Made by a program: the position numbers and the translations under genes. The notes beneath the pieces are model-generated. The model worked only from the letters and a program-made list of their open reading frames with translations, was not told the DNA's origin and made no database searches. A DNA stretch of 64,000 nt from NCBI GenBank assembly GCA_012295275.1, contig CM022665.1, forward strand, positions 36,394,001 to 36,458,000, in the 5' to 3' direction. This stretch comes from Chrysomallon squamiferum. Taxonomy: Eukaryota; Animalia; Mollusca. Shown piece by piece: positions 1 through 16,647 of the stretch (the stretch's first letter is position 1; every line of letters starts with the position of its first letter).

Positions 1-395
1 CGTACGAAAACAATGAGAAACAGCCGTGCGTGAACAACTCGAGTTCAGTGGACGCGTGCGCCGCGAAACCACGCTTCATGCTGAAAGCTGGCACTTTTCT
101 CGCACAGTAAATATTTACAAATAGAACTGTAAAAACCATTCCTCGTCGTTGTTTCCCACTGAAAACACCGCTAAACAGAACGAGACGGGAGAAGAGCGGA
201 TCAGCCGGCTGGCGAGCGACGGGTCCGATTTGGGCTGTTATCGTTAATGTCGTTAATGTTGTTACAGATGCGGTCGAGTCGTCTAAATCATTCCCATGAA
301 AGTTTGATCTGTGAAGCGATTGCAGACACCTTGAGACAAATTATTTAATAACTCTAGTAAGGACATGATAGCTGAGCGATTTTATATTGTACCAA

Positions 396-525
396 GCTTG
401 AATGTATAAAAATCTTATATCGTACCAGGAAAGACATGCTTGAATGTTTAAAAATCTTATATCGTACCACGAAAGACATGCTTGAATGTATAAAACTCTT
501 ATATCGTACCACGAAAGACATGCTT
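396..525. repeat. 42-bp tandem repeat, 3 copies
   Basis: GCTTGAATGTATAAAAATCTTATATCGTACCA(G/C)GAAAGACAT repeated head-to-tail without spacers. Confidence 0.95.
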
Positions 526-2418
526 GGAATTATAGCAATCTTAGATCATTGCTAAATGACATTTTTTCTGATTGAAATGATATTTTAATTTTGTAAATGT
601 TCAGCAGTAAGAGATTTGTGCAACAATTTCAATCAGCAGTTTAATTTTACCTTCCCCGAGGACATTTAAGTTGTTATTGTAAATGAACTCACCTCATTTG
701 AGCTTTCTGTCTCACTGCTCAGTTTATGATGACCTACCTCTTCAGTAAATAAATTCATTCTCCTTGTTTTTTCTTAATTATTGGATTTTTGTTTTTAATT
801 CAATTTTTTTTTTATTCGTCAGAAATCATTTGCTAGCAAATTCTTTTTTGTTTGTTTCTTTTAGATTATTTCATTCTTTTCTTCGTCTTCTTCTTCTTCA
901 TCTTCTGATTATTGTTGTTGTTGTTGTTGTTGTTATTATTATCATCATCATCATCATCATCATCAGTATTTTATTTTTTATTATTATTTTTTACTTTTAT
1001 TTATTTATTTATTTATTTATTGAATTTTTGCTATCAAATGGAATATAATCTGACCTTTTAAACGCTCGATGTATTTAAATGACATAAAAAATACTTATGA
1101 GATAACGGGAATCAAAGTTTTCTACCATAGCTGTAGCTCACATTTACTTATAAGGGAAATACATTAATAATTATAACAAAATTGCCGTGTTGGCATTAAA
1201 CTTTTCATTAAAATCTACACACAATATACGTATGATTTTAAAAAGCAAAGGTCAAGTAAAGATTTTTCATTTTTTTCAAAACAACAGATATAGAAACCGG
1301 TGTGACATATCATGTGTTTAATAAAAATTTAATACATCCAAAACAAATATTACTTTTAATGAATACTCATTCGTCGGAGATTTAGAAACACATACACACC
1401 TACACTGTAAGTAAACGAAACGCTAAGAAAACTGGCAATTCTTTTTAACTATAGGCGTTTCTCAATATTGATCTATCGGATTAACTCTTCGATTGCTTAT
1501 TACATCGCAGTGTGGGAGTAGCCGACAGCGTTTAATAATCACAAACACTAATCAGCTTTCAGCCTCACAGTTCTTGATTAATTATCTCAAATAAATGGCC
1601 CGCATCTCTTTTTACTTACGACGGAACAGAATATGAGGCACACGCCAGACGATAAATGTTTGAGCCTTTCTACAACGTTAGTCCAAGTTCTGGCCCAGAT
1701 ACTTGACCCTTTCAGAAAGAACCGGTTAGAGAACGACGTTACGATCGTCAAGGTTATGGGTTCCGTAACACAGACGAAGTTTCGACTAAGAAATGAAGTA
1801 ATTGGAAATGAAATGTAATGTACGGCTCCGTTCGATGATACGATCAGTTCACTTCGATGAACAGTGCTAGTGTATGGAACGTACTTGGTATTAAAGATTA
1901 CGCTATGAACGAGAATATAATTGCACGCCGATGAAGAGAGATATATATGGTACGCAGATAGAGAAAGATATGTATATAAAGACACACAGACGGACAGTGA
2001 GACTGATATACAGATAAATAAATACATAGATGAAAATATGCATAATTTATAGGCCTAATATATTCAGAAATGTACTTTTAACGATGTTGTTTTACCGGAT
2101 TCAAAGCTGCGGTACTTGCTCCTCTACAATAAACTGTCTGTACATTTATGTTAGTCTGTATTATGACGGGATCGGCTTTAAAACAGCAGTGTTTTTTCAC
2201 TCGGTATATAATTTAAAACATAAATGGGAATAAGAGCTATATAATTGAAACCCAGGTCTAAGACCATACTCTTTTGAAAAGTGAATTAATTTAATTTAAA
2301 ATAAAGGACCACCCGAAGTTCTCACATTTAACATATATTTATATATTTATACACTTCCTGTGATTCTTAGGCATGTTTATTTCCTTTTCTATGATTTAAT
2401 ACATGATTCTGATCCCTG

Positions 2419-2499
<81 letters not shown>

Positions 2500-2514
2500 G
2501 TATGTATATGTATG

Positions 2515-2550
<36 letters not shown>

Positions 2551-2560
2551 TACACATATT
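2419..2560. repeat. Compound microsatellite (CT)n-(TATG)n-(TA)n-(CA)n; representative of many AG, AAT, AC and ATAC tracts
   Basis: Seen directly. Other long (AG)n or (CT)n tracts start near 3034, 11787, 14640, 28378, 28878, 31121, 31673, 33439, 39245, 59349, 59764, 60497 and 61250. Confidence 0.98.
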
Positions 2561-3031
2561 CATACATTTATTTTATGTTTTAAATTTTATTTATTTATTT
2601 ATTTTGTTTTGTTTTTTATCACCTTGTTTTTTGTTTTGTTTTTTTAATTTGAAAAGAAAAACTAAACCCAGACAATAAAATACGGCAATATTTTTCACGG
2701 AAAAGGAAAGGACCGCGATCTGTTTTGAATTATGTAACACCTTTTAAAGGAAAATTTTGAATGTTTTCCTAACATTTCACTTGGCTTTTAACGCACTTGT
2801 ATAATTATTAAAGTAAGGTCAGGGTTGAAAATTTCTCTTCGTGTACCTGTAAGCGATCTTACTTAAAAGGAATTGGACTTGCGAAGCAAATTAAACACAC
2901 CAAATGGTTCTGTCAGGTGACTAATTGTATGTAAAAGAATAAGTATGGATTGAGGAAAGCAAATATATAAACACGAAAAGTTTCACTATAATAGACGTAA
3001 ACATGGATGAGACAATGAGACATGTGTTGAT

Positions 3032-3135
<104 letters not shown>

Positions 3136-4356
3136 CACATATTTTAATATTAACGATTATTACGTTTCAGACATACGTCTTTTCTTTGATAGTGATAAGA
3201 AAGAGATAAGTCGCAAGTACCATTCCTTGACTTACTGTTGTCATTAGTAACAAGTGATTAAAGGTAGGAAAGAATGATTTTGTTAAACCAATCGCAGTTA
3301 AACTGGCCGCAAATTTAAATAACCCGCTAAAAAGGTTGATCCTGCAACCCATCACCTCTATTACCTAACAGCTCCGAACACACATTTCAGTTTGTGTATT
3401 TGTATATTAACACACACACGCACCCACTCACCCACAGACACGTAAGAATTATATGTTCCTTTCCTTTTAAAATTTTTATCTTTGTACTTTCAACATCATT
3501 TTATAATAGTTACATTATTGACACAATCTTGCGCAAAGACCACTTTTAGTTTGTGTAATTACATTAATAAAGCAACATATCTCGATTTAAATAAATCAGT
3601 GAGACGCGTATGATTTCAGATAGCTTAGTTCATTACGTCGATCTAGTGTCTGCTTTCAAAGAATTTTTATTTTTATTTTCTTCATTTTCTTGTCTTCTTC
3701 TTCTTCTTTGAACGCACCTTCTTCCATTTGATCTCTCTGCGTGGGAAGAATCGAATACAGGTTATTTAACTCACACATAGTTTAGTTTTTTAAAAAATAA
3801 AAAAAAAAATAAAAACCGTAGGAAAGAATTACAGAGTTCAACGAAAGTACAATTCAGATTCTATACAATTCTTACTAATGTTAATTTAGTTTTTCTTTAT
3901 ATTTTCTGTAGAGAAGTCTATTGTTACCTTTCCTACTTAGGTTTTCTTCTTTGAAATTAAATACAATCAAAGTATTTATGATATATGTCAAATATCATCT
4001 ATATTTAGCATCATTTAGATAACATATACATGATATTTTAATCTGTTTTATTATTTATTTTCGAAGCACTGGGGATAGGTAGGAGTGAGGGATATTTTAA
4101 CTATTTTGTTTTCAAACAAAATACTACATAAATATAAAATTCCCTTGTGCAATCGTGACCATTCTTTCTTTATTATCCATTCCTGGAATAGCAAAAGTTG
4201 AAATCTTTCAGTGAAAACAGTTGATTATTGTTTTGTTCTTCTTTTGTTCTGTATTAGACCAGGTTGATGAATTATGTATCTTCTAAATCTCTGAACGTAC
4301 ATCTCTCTGTGATACATACATACATACTTACATACATTCATACATACACACATACA

Positions 4357-4391
<35 letters not shown>

Positions 4392-4746
4392 CATTAGAGA
4401 TGCACGTTCAGAGTTTATACTAATTTTTGAATCTGAGGCTAAGACATAAAAACAAACGACAACAATCATTTATAAGAAATAACTTTCCTTTTATTTCAAG
4501 AACATTTTGTGCAACCAATAAAAGCATGAATGAGACAGAATGACCCAGTCTGAGACACGGATAAGATTCGAAGAATAACAAACAAAAATCTGAACAGACA
4601 CACAATAACAATAAATACACTACACCTGGATAAATTTGAGAATAAATTTATTAAATCAAGTAATCGATCACTTACTTTGGCGCCAGATATCTTCACTGTT
4701 ATGTAACAGGATAATTAGTTCAATCAGAATTACATTGTTATTATTA

Positions 4747-4794
<48 letters not shown>

Positions 4795-5791
4795 TTCGGA
4801 TAGTGAATTCATCTGATATTGGTAAAAGAAAGAATATGAAATTTTCATTTGATAACGGACTTTTCATGATTTATCAGTCTCAGTTCCAGTTTATCTGATG
4901 TCATTTTGCTCTTTTCTTCACATTCACTTTTGTAATTAAAAGACAAAGTCCAATTTCTAAGGGATGATCAGTGGATCTTGACGTCAAAAATCTAACACAG
5001 ATTTAGTTAAATTTATCAATTTACGCCATTAGCGTAAATAAGGTAGGCAATGGTACAACATCAAAAGGAATTTACAGATTTTTAAATATGAAACTGGTCT
5101 TCAAACATATCGGCACGTTTATATTAAAAATTTATACTGTGAAAAAAAGGAAACAATAAAAACAGTTAATAGATGTAACAGAATAAACGAACAACAAAGA
5201 AATATTTTTGTTTCATTTTGTTATAATGAAGGTCAGAATTTTTAACGAAGTTGGCATTTAAAATTTTTTGGTTTCACATCGGAAAAAGAGTTATTAAATA
5301 GAAAATGAGTAAAGACAAGCCCCTGTTTTTTTTATCTGCTGTAAATACATCTGACACAACATTATATTTAGAGGTTTGAAAAATAATACTCTGATACAGG
5401 GAAAATGTACAATATCACCATCACAGATGGAATAAAAATAACTGTTGATTATTCCGAGTTCGACCTGTCTTGGCAGAATTCTCGGGCGAGACTGGAAGTC
5501 AAACCGAAATTTTCAAACAGTTATATGGAAGAGGCATAATAATAATTAATAAAAAATAAATAAATAAATAAATAAATAATTGTAAAATTTATCCAAACGT
5601 ACATTCGAGCTCAGAACTTAGTCGTAATTCAATATGACTTCCAACAAGGTAGATAAAAATTAGGGAAACAACCGAATTCATAATTTTCTTAAGTTATCGA
5701 AGTTGCGAGAATAGTTCAGCTGTTCAGTCGTGAAACATTAAACAGAAAATAATGTATTTTTTTTTTTTATTATTTATTTTTTTATTTTTTA

Positions 5792-5833
<42 letters not shown>

Positions 5834-6264
5834 GATTAATTAATTAATTATTCGTGGGGGAGAGGTCTGAATTATAAACAAATGCACCTAAACGTCTAAC
5901 TAATTACCAACACTAACTCATTAAGAAAAATATTACACTTTGAATAACATATAAATATATAATAAATATGAACCAGCACCGAAATAAATAAACTTTCACT
6001 CAAAATCAACACTGTACTTCAGTTACAGCTTGTGAACACCGCTTATAACAAAGAGACATTTTAATTTTAATTCGAGGAAGACACGAAGAAAAAAAAAATA
6101 CATTTGAAAAAATAATTTATAATACACAATCTCCTTTAAAATTCATCACAATCATAATATTCACTAATCGAACTGACAAAAGCGTACACGCTAAACACGT
6201 ATATAATAACATTTATCTTGCACGTTAATTTTGATCCCCGTTATTCACATACATAAAAACATGC

Positions 6265-6298
<34 letters not shown>

Positions 6299-6839
6299 AA
6301 ACGGTTTTGGCAAAGTTTCTTTTTGCGTTAAGAAGAAGAAGAAAAAAAAAATACATTTAACATTTTAGAAAATTAATATCAGAGTTTTTGTTTTCTTAAT
6401 TTACATCATCTAAAACCGAATCCAAGCGTTGAAACTACTTCTGTTTGCTAATACGAGAAAATATGTTTAACGTAAACTTTTTGTTTAGTGTTCATTGGCT
6501 CTGTTTTTACATCATTAACTTTGTCTTGAAACATTTGTTATGATACATTTTTAAATTCAAATTATCAACGAATACTGCAGATCAAACACAACACCTAACA
6601 GAATTTGACATTAAAATGCAGTGCTTAATACGGATATCATCAAAACAAATTACGACAAGTCTCATCGTTATTGTTTGGATTACTGTATCTGGTCAGCAGA
6701 GCCTGAAGACTTTGTAGCTTTTGTACATTAACACAGGGCAGATAAAGAATTTGGGGAAGACGAAACATTAGAATAGATTACAAAATTCTTTGCTTCAGTA
6801 AGGTAATGATCTTCTCGAAGACAGTTCCTGTCAGATGAT

Positions 6840-7400
6840 GGTTTCAATGTGTCTGTAATGACTATTTGAAAAAGGTATGTCAGATGGTTTTACAATATCT
6901 GAAACTTGATTTATATAAGATATTCCCAGAATATTTCTAATTACCATCCTATTGTAAAAATCTAAACAACCAGCTGACAGATACTGGTTGTAGATCGTCT
7001 TTTATGGCCATCTGAAACTCAATTTATATAATATATTCATAGAATATTTCTAATTATTATCATTATAGATTCTAAAAGTCTAAATAACCGTCTGAAAGCT
7101 ACTTTACGAATATCTTTAGAAGCTCTCTAACGACTATCTGGTATACCCTTTGATCAGACAGTTTTAGAACATCGATGACCACCTGATATTCAGTATATAA
7201 CAGATATGTTTAGAATACCTTGTATAACCATCTGGAACTCGCCTTATTTCAGCATCTCCTTGACCTTCCTAAAGATATTTTATGTTAAACGAACTTAGAA
7301 TATCTCTAGGATCAGTTCTTATATAAAATAGTTTCAGAATATCTTTAACGACCATCTGAAAGACATTTTGATATATATAGATATATATCAGTTAAAAATG
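6840..7400. repeat. Degenerate tandem repeat region
   Basis: Recurring ccatctgaaactc / agatat..ttagaatatct motifs; 6897-6990 resembles 7010-7095. Confidence 0.65.
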
Positions 7401-7515
7401 TTGAAATTAAAATCTGTAAGTACCAGATGATCATTGTGTGAAATGGGCGTGCTAGGACAACATGACAAAATACTTAACACAGAACTGATCACTGAAACAA
7501 AGACAGAAACAACAA

Positions 7516-7568
<53 letters not shown>

Positions 7569-8499
7569 TAATGTCAAAATTAAATAAATAAAACTATATT
7601 CAACGCAACATCCAAGTGGACCAATTAACCATATATTTAGGAAGAAATGAATGAATGAATGAAACATTCTGAGGTGAAAAGAACGTAGTCTTTTCATAGT
7701 TCGCAATGAAAACCATGATCCATAATTTCCAGCTGATATGAAATATTAATCATAAATATTATATTAAGCACAGACAACAACTACGTGGTGGAACGAGACA
7801 AACAGAATATTTCACATTTAAGAATTTTAAAATGTTTTTGTTAAATCGATTTATTTAATCTCGCAGGCAAGCCTTAAGCCGTAAGAAGTAAACCGATTTA
7901 AATAAATTGTTTAAGTTACTTGATTTATCAGTTTTGTTCAGTTTAGATATCGAGTTTTTATGTTCACACGTTTATCTTTGAAACGAGTAGGAGAAGCGCT
8001 GTAGTGAGTGTTCACACGTAGAAAATGACGTAATTTGCTTGCACTCCTCTGCGACTGGATTTAATAAAGATATTTAATTGACGTATGTGTTGTTTTTTTT
8101 TTTTTTTTTTTTTTTTTGTTTTTTTTCCAACAGTTAAACAGCTTTATTTAATCTGTTTTAATATATAAATATTGAACGAGGTAAAAGTTACAATTTAATG
8201 AAGAATCAGAAAGAAATATATATATATATCTCACAAAAAACTAAAAACAAAAAAAAACAACAACAAAAAAAACCAAACGTCATTGTATACCATTATATCT
8301 AATTAAAATATTCAAATACAATTCTTTTCTTTTTATTCCCATAATTATTTTGAAATTATTTTGTATAACATTACACTGGTATCGTTGATAACAGTTAATA
8401 ATAACGTTTATAGAATTCTTAAGCTATCAATGATGAGCAATAAATACAGTAACAACACCAAAAATACGTACATACATTTCTTAGCTAATACAGAATACA

Positions 8500-9270
8500 A
8501 TGTGTTGTTATTTAACGTATATGACTAGAAGCGGATGGGTTGGAGGATGACGCGTGTACTGTTAGAATAAATAAAGCAGTGAAGTTAAGGTAAAGGATAA
8601 AAGCGAATAGGCTGGAGATGACGTTTTAACACACACGGAGCCGAATGACATTGTTGGTTGAGAAAAGGAGAATGGATTAAGAGCTGGCATAGCTTAGCTT
8701 AACGTAACAATGAAGTGTTAGGGGACGATATATGGATTACATACACCAACAAAGCATTCTTATTAAAGAAAATGCTGAAAGCGAACGCGATGAGGATGGC
8801 ACGTATTAACTTGACGATGTGTTGTTAGTTGAATAAAATACTGAAAGCGCTTGGACGAGGGAAAGACCCACATTCCATTCACGTAGCCATTATGTGAGGT
8901 TAAATCAGAAAAAGTCCCAACGTGAATGGTTTGGAGTCACAAAGTTATGTTATAAAAGAAAAGGCTAAAAGCGTAACATATATTAATGTACACATATTAG
9001 GAGCCTCAGGATTTTGGTAGTTAAGGATAGAAACAAATGATTGGGAAATATGCATGTCAGCCTATTCATAACCGTAACGTTTTGCAAGGAACTCTCGACG
9101 CGGATGGAAAATGACGCGTGAATTATTACCATGAACAAAGCAATGATCTGTAGTTAATGAAACGACCAGCGACAAATGGACTGAGTGATGACGTGTTTAA
9201 AACGACCCACGATAAACTGTAAGTTAAGGGGGAAAATAACTAGAATGAATTAAGAGGTGACAGTCACAGG
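8500..9270. repeat. Highly degenerate minisatellite
   Basis: Recurring ctgaaagcgaat..ggagatgacgcgt / tgtgttgttag motifs at roughly 60-70 nt spacing. Confidence 0.5.
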
Positions 9271-10399
9271 TGAAAACCAAAGCGTTAACTGGTTCACGTC
9301 CTTTTGTCATGATAAATGTATAAAAATATTGCCATTTACATCAACATATAACAAAACAAAAACAAAATAACAAGATAACAACCTTCAACTGACTACCAAG
9401 TTCCTCCACGTAAGGAAGAACAGTCGTATGTTTGTACTAACTACTGGTAAAACATGGCGCACATTGTGCAGTTTTACACGTGACGTCCGAACATCAAGCA
9501 AATCAACATCAGTGACACTGCTGGGCCGATTTCAGGCAACCTATTTTGGTGGCCACAAATAAAATGTAAAAATGTATCAAATGGACAAAGCTTTAATGAT
9601 TAATTATACTAATCTGTCGAAAAGGTTTATAGAGAATAAGATGTCTTATTTATAATACTGCTAATAAGAACAGAAAAGAGTTTTGTTAATAATATATATA
9701 AAAAAAAAAATTTAAAAAAAATTTAAAATTTAAAAAAATAAACACAGAAAACAAAAAGCATTATCCTTTGATATTTTTGTTCAGACTGATCAAGATAGTT
9801 TTCAAGTTAATAAATAAAATATTTATTATCATTTAAATATATTTAATGTAAATTTTAAATTAAGAATCGTGATTCCTGATTATCATTATATATAAAAAAT
9901 AAAGCCAGTATTATTAGCGGATGTATGAAAACAGAGACGTCTAAATTAAAATATAACCTCGTTTTATTAATAGACATTTTATTTCGTATTTAACATGACA
10001 AAAAAAAAAAAAAAAAAAATGAAAATGCAGATTTTATCAATAACTGTAATTTTAGCCAACTGTTAGAAACAGAGGGCTTTTTTTTTTCTTTTTTTTTTTT
10101 TTACATCTCATTAGTTCAGTGTAGTATTTGAAGCAGATGTTGATTTGCTGATATTCAGACACCGCTGAAAACGTCCCCTCTCTGAAGGCATTGTACAGTG
10201 AGTGTGGCATTTGTGTGGACACACTTAATTTACAATACGTACAATATAGCAAAACGTTTTAAACAAGTTTTTCAAATTAATAAATAAAAAAAAAAAAAAA
10301 AAAAAATTAACAAAAAAGAAAAATGTGTTAACAATTTGAAGGAAAATGGAAACAAAGAAAAATAAATTAAAAAGAGAGAAACAAAAGAAAGAAGAAATA

Positions 10400-11388
<989 letters not shown>

Positions 11389-11783
11389 CTGTAATAATAA
11401 AAAAGAAAAAGAATAAGTAAAATATTCAGTGATTAAAGCAAAAAAATCGTGTTCTATATTATATAAGGACGACATTCTGGTGTGTCGTGTTTAATGATAA
11501 AACATATATTTTATAAATCGAGAGAGTTCATTCACTTTGATAGAATGCTTTTTGTAACTCACAAATATTTACACGATTTTCTATTAATTCTTTATTTAAA
11601 TATTAGACCATGTACGTTTTTTTAAAGAAATGTTATAATATTCACGTATAAAATATATTCTTATCTTGCCGTAAAAGATTTATGAGACACTATCACGTCT
11701 TTCTAAGAATCATTTTCTACAGAGTAACAAAATACATACATATGTTTGATCAATTTGTGTATATGTGTGGATAAACGTGTGTG

Positions 11784-11897
<114 letters not shown>

Positions 11898-13329
11898 TAG
11901 CAACAGAATTAGGTAACAAATAATTGCATCGCTAATCAGGAATGTGTAAATGCTTCCATCAGTGATAGAATTTGATAACTTCATAGCAATTACACAACTG
12001 TTCACAAGAAAGGTGCATTTCATTTTGTTTAACTGTTCTGTTTGTCTGCCCATTTAACTACTGTTTCTTTTTCTCCTTTACTTTCTCTCGTACTGGCTCT
12101 ATCTCATTTCTGTCTCGCTTTCAAAAACGCAAAGAAATTCAAATATTTGCAGACACTGACATCATTACACTTAAACTGCACGCCCAAACATATTCACTTA
12201 CCGATGTTTAATTTTTGAAAAATATGTCATTAATTTATGAAAAATTCCTTCATGTCGCGAAGTCTTTAGAAAACAGGAATGATATTTTCTCTGGCTTGTT
12301 TATCCAGATCCGCGTTGGCATCTGGCGAGCGCCACCTGCTGAGCAACATGGCCGTCAATGAACTTTTCGAACCTCTAAGAAAAACATTAGATTTATCCTA
12401 TCAATTGGTTAAAGAAACTGAAGGCACGCATCCCCGGGTAGCCCATCTTGTTTACAATCAGTGATTGAAAAAAATGATAAGAACATCATTTATCTGACTT
12501 GTAAACATCGTCACATGCTGCTTAACGATAAAAGAACTGAGAGAGAGACTCGGAGAGAGAGAGACAGAGAGACAGAGAGAGACTCAGAGAGAGACACAGA
12601 GAGAGAGAGAGCGACTGAGAGAGAGTGAAAGAGTTAAAGAGAGAAAGAAAACGCGAAAGTTACTATAACTACCTATTTTACTTTCATATGTGTTACGTCT
12701 TTCGTTTCCACATGCGAAACACTAATAAAACTATTTGTTTACTTTTAGTCTACGTACCAAATTTAGACCTCCAACATGGCTTTTATCATGCAGGTGGATA
12801 GTATGTAACCATGTCAGTTACCTCTAATGTCTTCAGTTTCCGACACATAGCTGCTTATTTTAGTCGAATATCACTTTCAAGTTTCATCACAAAACAGATA
12901 CATTATCTTTAATAGGTAACATCTACTGTTTACTTTCGCTTAATTACATAGCGGTGGTAACGAAAAGAAAACACATTTTTCATTGGTGTTTGTCGGATAA
13001 AGGATGCGTTTGTTCCTTAGAATAATAATAATAATAATCATAATAATAATAATAATAATAATAAGAGCAACAACAACAACTAAAAATATTATCATAATAA
13101 TGATAATGACGTTGATGACGATGATATGATAATAAATGGGATTATAGCTTCAAGATAATATATTTTAGTTTACATGAATATTATTTATGTGAGATTTTGT
13201 GTGTGTGCTTGTTATACTACACAATTTAATTTCAAATTCTACCAGACAAACCCAATAACCCACTCACTTTTTTCCACCCCAATATCTACAGGCCTGACAT
13301 AAAGGGAAAAAATACGTTTTTTTTAAACT

Positions 13330-13364
<35 letters not shown>

Positions 13365-13798
13365 ACCTTTAATTAAAACCTCCCACATCGCACGGAAAGT
13401 GATTAAACATCCACAAAATGGCTTCAGAAGAAAAACTGTGTCTTTGATACCAACAACATTTCGTTTTCTTTAAAAACACATATCAAAGAGAACTCCGGAT
13501 GAAAATGCATTGCATATGATAAGGTAATGATTGGGAGCATACCAACAAGTTCCACGATGAACTAACAGTTTGGTTCAATCGAGAATTCTTGACTGAAGGA
13601 TAATAATTATAAAGTAAATTATGACTCGAAATCCAGGTTGTTCAGGTGAGAAAATAAAATCTGGAGCAATGGCAGTATTGGTAAACATAGTATCTGAGGC
13701 ATTTTAAAATGTATAACTTTTTATATTTAAAAACATAATAAAGAATTTTCTGAAGAACAAGCTTTAACAAAGGAAAAGTAAGGTACATGTACACACAG

Positions 13799-13870
<72 letters not shown>

Positions 13871-14637
13871 GCCTCATTTCTCGAATACTAGAACCATTGC
13901 CGCAGTGTGTATTGTTCTGTTGCGGAGCGCCGCAAAAAAGGGGACACGGGTTACTTCGCAGACGATCGTATGCTAAGACAACGTGAAATAACGTCGTGTT
14001 TTGAAGAACAACATAAACACACTGCAACAATCAAAACAACGTCGAATAGTCTGATATATTATAAAACAGTTTCCCCCACATTGGATCGTTCAAGAAAGTC
14101 TCGGATAGTGTGATGTATTTTTCTAAGATTTGCCAGACGAAACGTGCCCGATTGAAACCACATTGACTACCGTCAAGTGCCATTCTTTCGACACCTGCTG
14201 ATAATTTATTTTGGACACTAGATGGTCAACTCAACATAATAATAATATGTCAGAACACTGGATTTGTTGGTGGTCTAGTTTTTTTTTTCTTCTTTCACCA
14301 TGTTTGTTTTATTTTATTTTATTTAAACAAGTATTAAATTTAATCTGCGGGTAGACGGAATCGAGTGTTTCGTGCTCTGCTGTGATGGGGGATTTCGATG
14401 CGCAAAATTAAGAAGGCAGTGAAGCCAAATAAAAGAACTGAACGATATTAGTACAGCAGTACTGCGTACCCTATTGTTACAGGAATACCATGACCCACGA
14501 ATAAATAAATATTTATTTCAGCAAAAATGTCATCTAGCTAATATTTGAATCTAACATGTGTGAAAATAGCAGAAAACTAGTATATAGAAATAATAAATAA
14601 ATAATCTTTAACAGCGATGTAAGAACAATTCAGCATT

Positions 14638-14710
<73 letters not shown>

Positions 14711-14951
14711 ACACAAACAGAAAAGCATTTGCAGTATCTCAAAAGAAAAACAAACAAAAAATTATCATACAATCTTTCCTATACCTTGCCCCTTTTCTTC
14801 CTTTCCCTCCAAACTCGCATTCCTACACACTTGCCAATCTTTCTGTTCTCTAGAGCAGTTTATCATTAGCTTACCTAATGTTTAATTTTTTTTTTTTATA
14901 TTTTTTAAAGATTAAGTGTTATAACTAACAGAGCCTACTCACAGCCTGTCA

Positions 14952-15013
<62 letters not shown>

Positions 15014-16647
15014 TTCCCCGAGAATGTGTATTAAATTTCTTTGATTTCTTGCGAACAGAGAAACGGTTTGGAAAATAATTATTTTATTTTAAAAAGTTCT
15101 TAAAGATCAGTTATATCAAAAGAACGAAGAATACTAAGAAAAAAATTTTAATGCGAAAATAAAAATATATTATAACTCCATTTAATTATTTAATAGAAAT
15201 TATTTCGTGGGAGTATTCGTCTACTAGTTCTTTTCCTCTTTCTTTTTTTTTTCTATTGTTTTATAATCTTTCTTCTTTTTTAAAAAAGGCATTAAAAGAA
15301 ACCTTCTATCTTTCGATCTGAAAGGCAAATGCCAAGGTTATAATGACAACTTTAACATTACGGAACGAAGCAAACTGAAAGCTCAGATTTTGAGAGCTTA
15401 ATAATGGGCAAACATGGGCGTCTGCTATCTTCTAAACATAATCCCTGTTTTTCAAAAGTGATCCTCCAATATCGACTATTTGTCTTAATCTGCTGAGAAG
15501 ACCGGACTAATGTTGAATGATGCGCTCCAATTAGCCCCGGAGTTGTCTATTTAGTGGCGTTCTGTTTTCTGTTAATCGCTGCAAATTTCCCTGCGCACCG
15601 CATTAGAAAAAGTGTTAGCGGAAATTGTGGGAGTTGTATGGGTCATTTGGAATCTGGGGATAGTATCAAACGAACTATTGTTGCGACATGAGTAATTTAG
15701 CCCCGTGCGATTAGAGAAAAAGAAAATGGAATTTTTAATGTTGAAAGGACAAAAGAAATTTAGAGGACGTAATTTCTGTAAGAAATAAAATAATGCTCTT
15801 TTACAACAGTGTTTGTAATAGGACTTGGATGTGTTCAGAATGATGTTATTTAACATGATTAGGTGTTACAGATTTAAAATCTCATCAGGTCACATCTGTG
15901 TATTAGTTGTTTAAGTATGCTTAAAATAGCAGTTAACAATTAAATTATTTTGAATAAAATACTTTTTTTCGGTGTCTGTCTGTGAATTTGTCTGTCTGTA
16001 TGTTCGTATGATTGTCTTTTTGTCTGTATGTCTATGTATCTGTTATTTTTTACCCATCCATCCATCCTTATAATTCAGATATATATCGGTTTAGCTAAAA
16101 TAAAATATAGAATCATAATTTGACTTCAGACCCAAAGCGAATAATTAATATTTTCACTCACAGCTTTTAGACTAAACATTTCAGTTTTTAAATAACTATT
16201 TCTTTTATAAACAAAAATATCAAAAAATGAAACTTCTGCACATCAGGCAGTAAATCTTATTTTTAGATAAACAACACGATATAACAAGTTCGCAGAGTTC
16301 TGAACTTAGAGGTCGCTTATGTAAAATGTGGAATTTAGAAGTTAAAGATTCCTTTACAAGAATAAATATACATATATTTAAAAGAGGTATAGACATACAT
16401 TTGTAGAGATTAGTAGTTCAATGGTCAACTAAACGACACTGAATAATAATAACGATATTAACAGACATAGTAACCAAAGGACATAGATAGATGGGTAGAT
16501 CGTTAAACAGGCGAACTGAGAGATAGACAGACAGGTATACCGACATACGGACGGATAGATAAAGTAGGTGGGTAAGTACGTATGAAAGTAGCAAGATAGA
16601 TAAACAGACGTATAAACATCTCACCAGTAAGGAATATCAGACGACAT

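Noticed and set aside
396-525. 42-bp repeats as a CRISPR array
   Set aside because: Units are contiguous with no unique spacers, there are no cas genes, and the context is eukaryotic.
1587-2027. ORFs 1587-2027 (-) and 1633-1818 (+)
   Set aside because: No recognisable motif or convincing splice boundaries, and the minus ORF begins in simple repeats.
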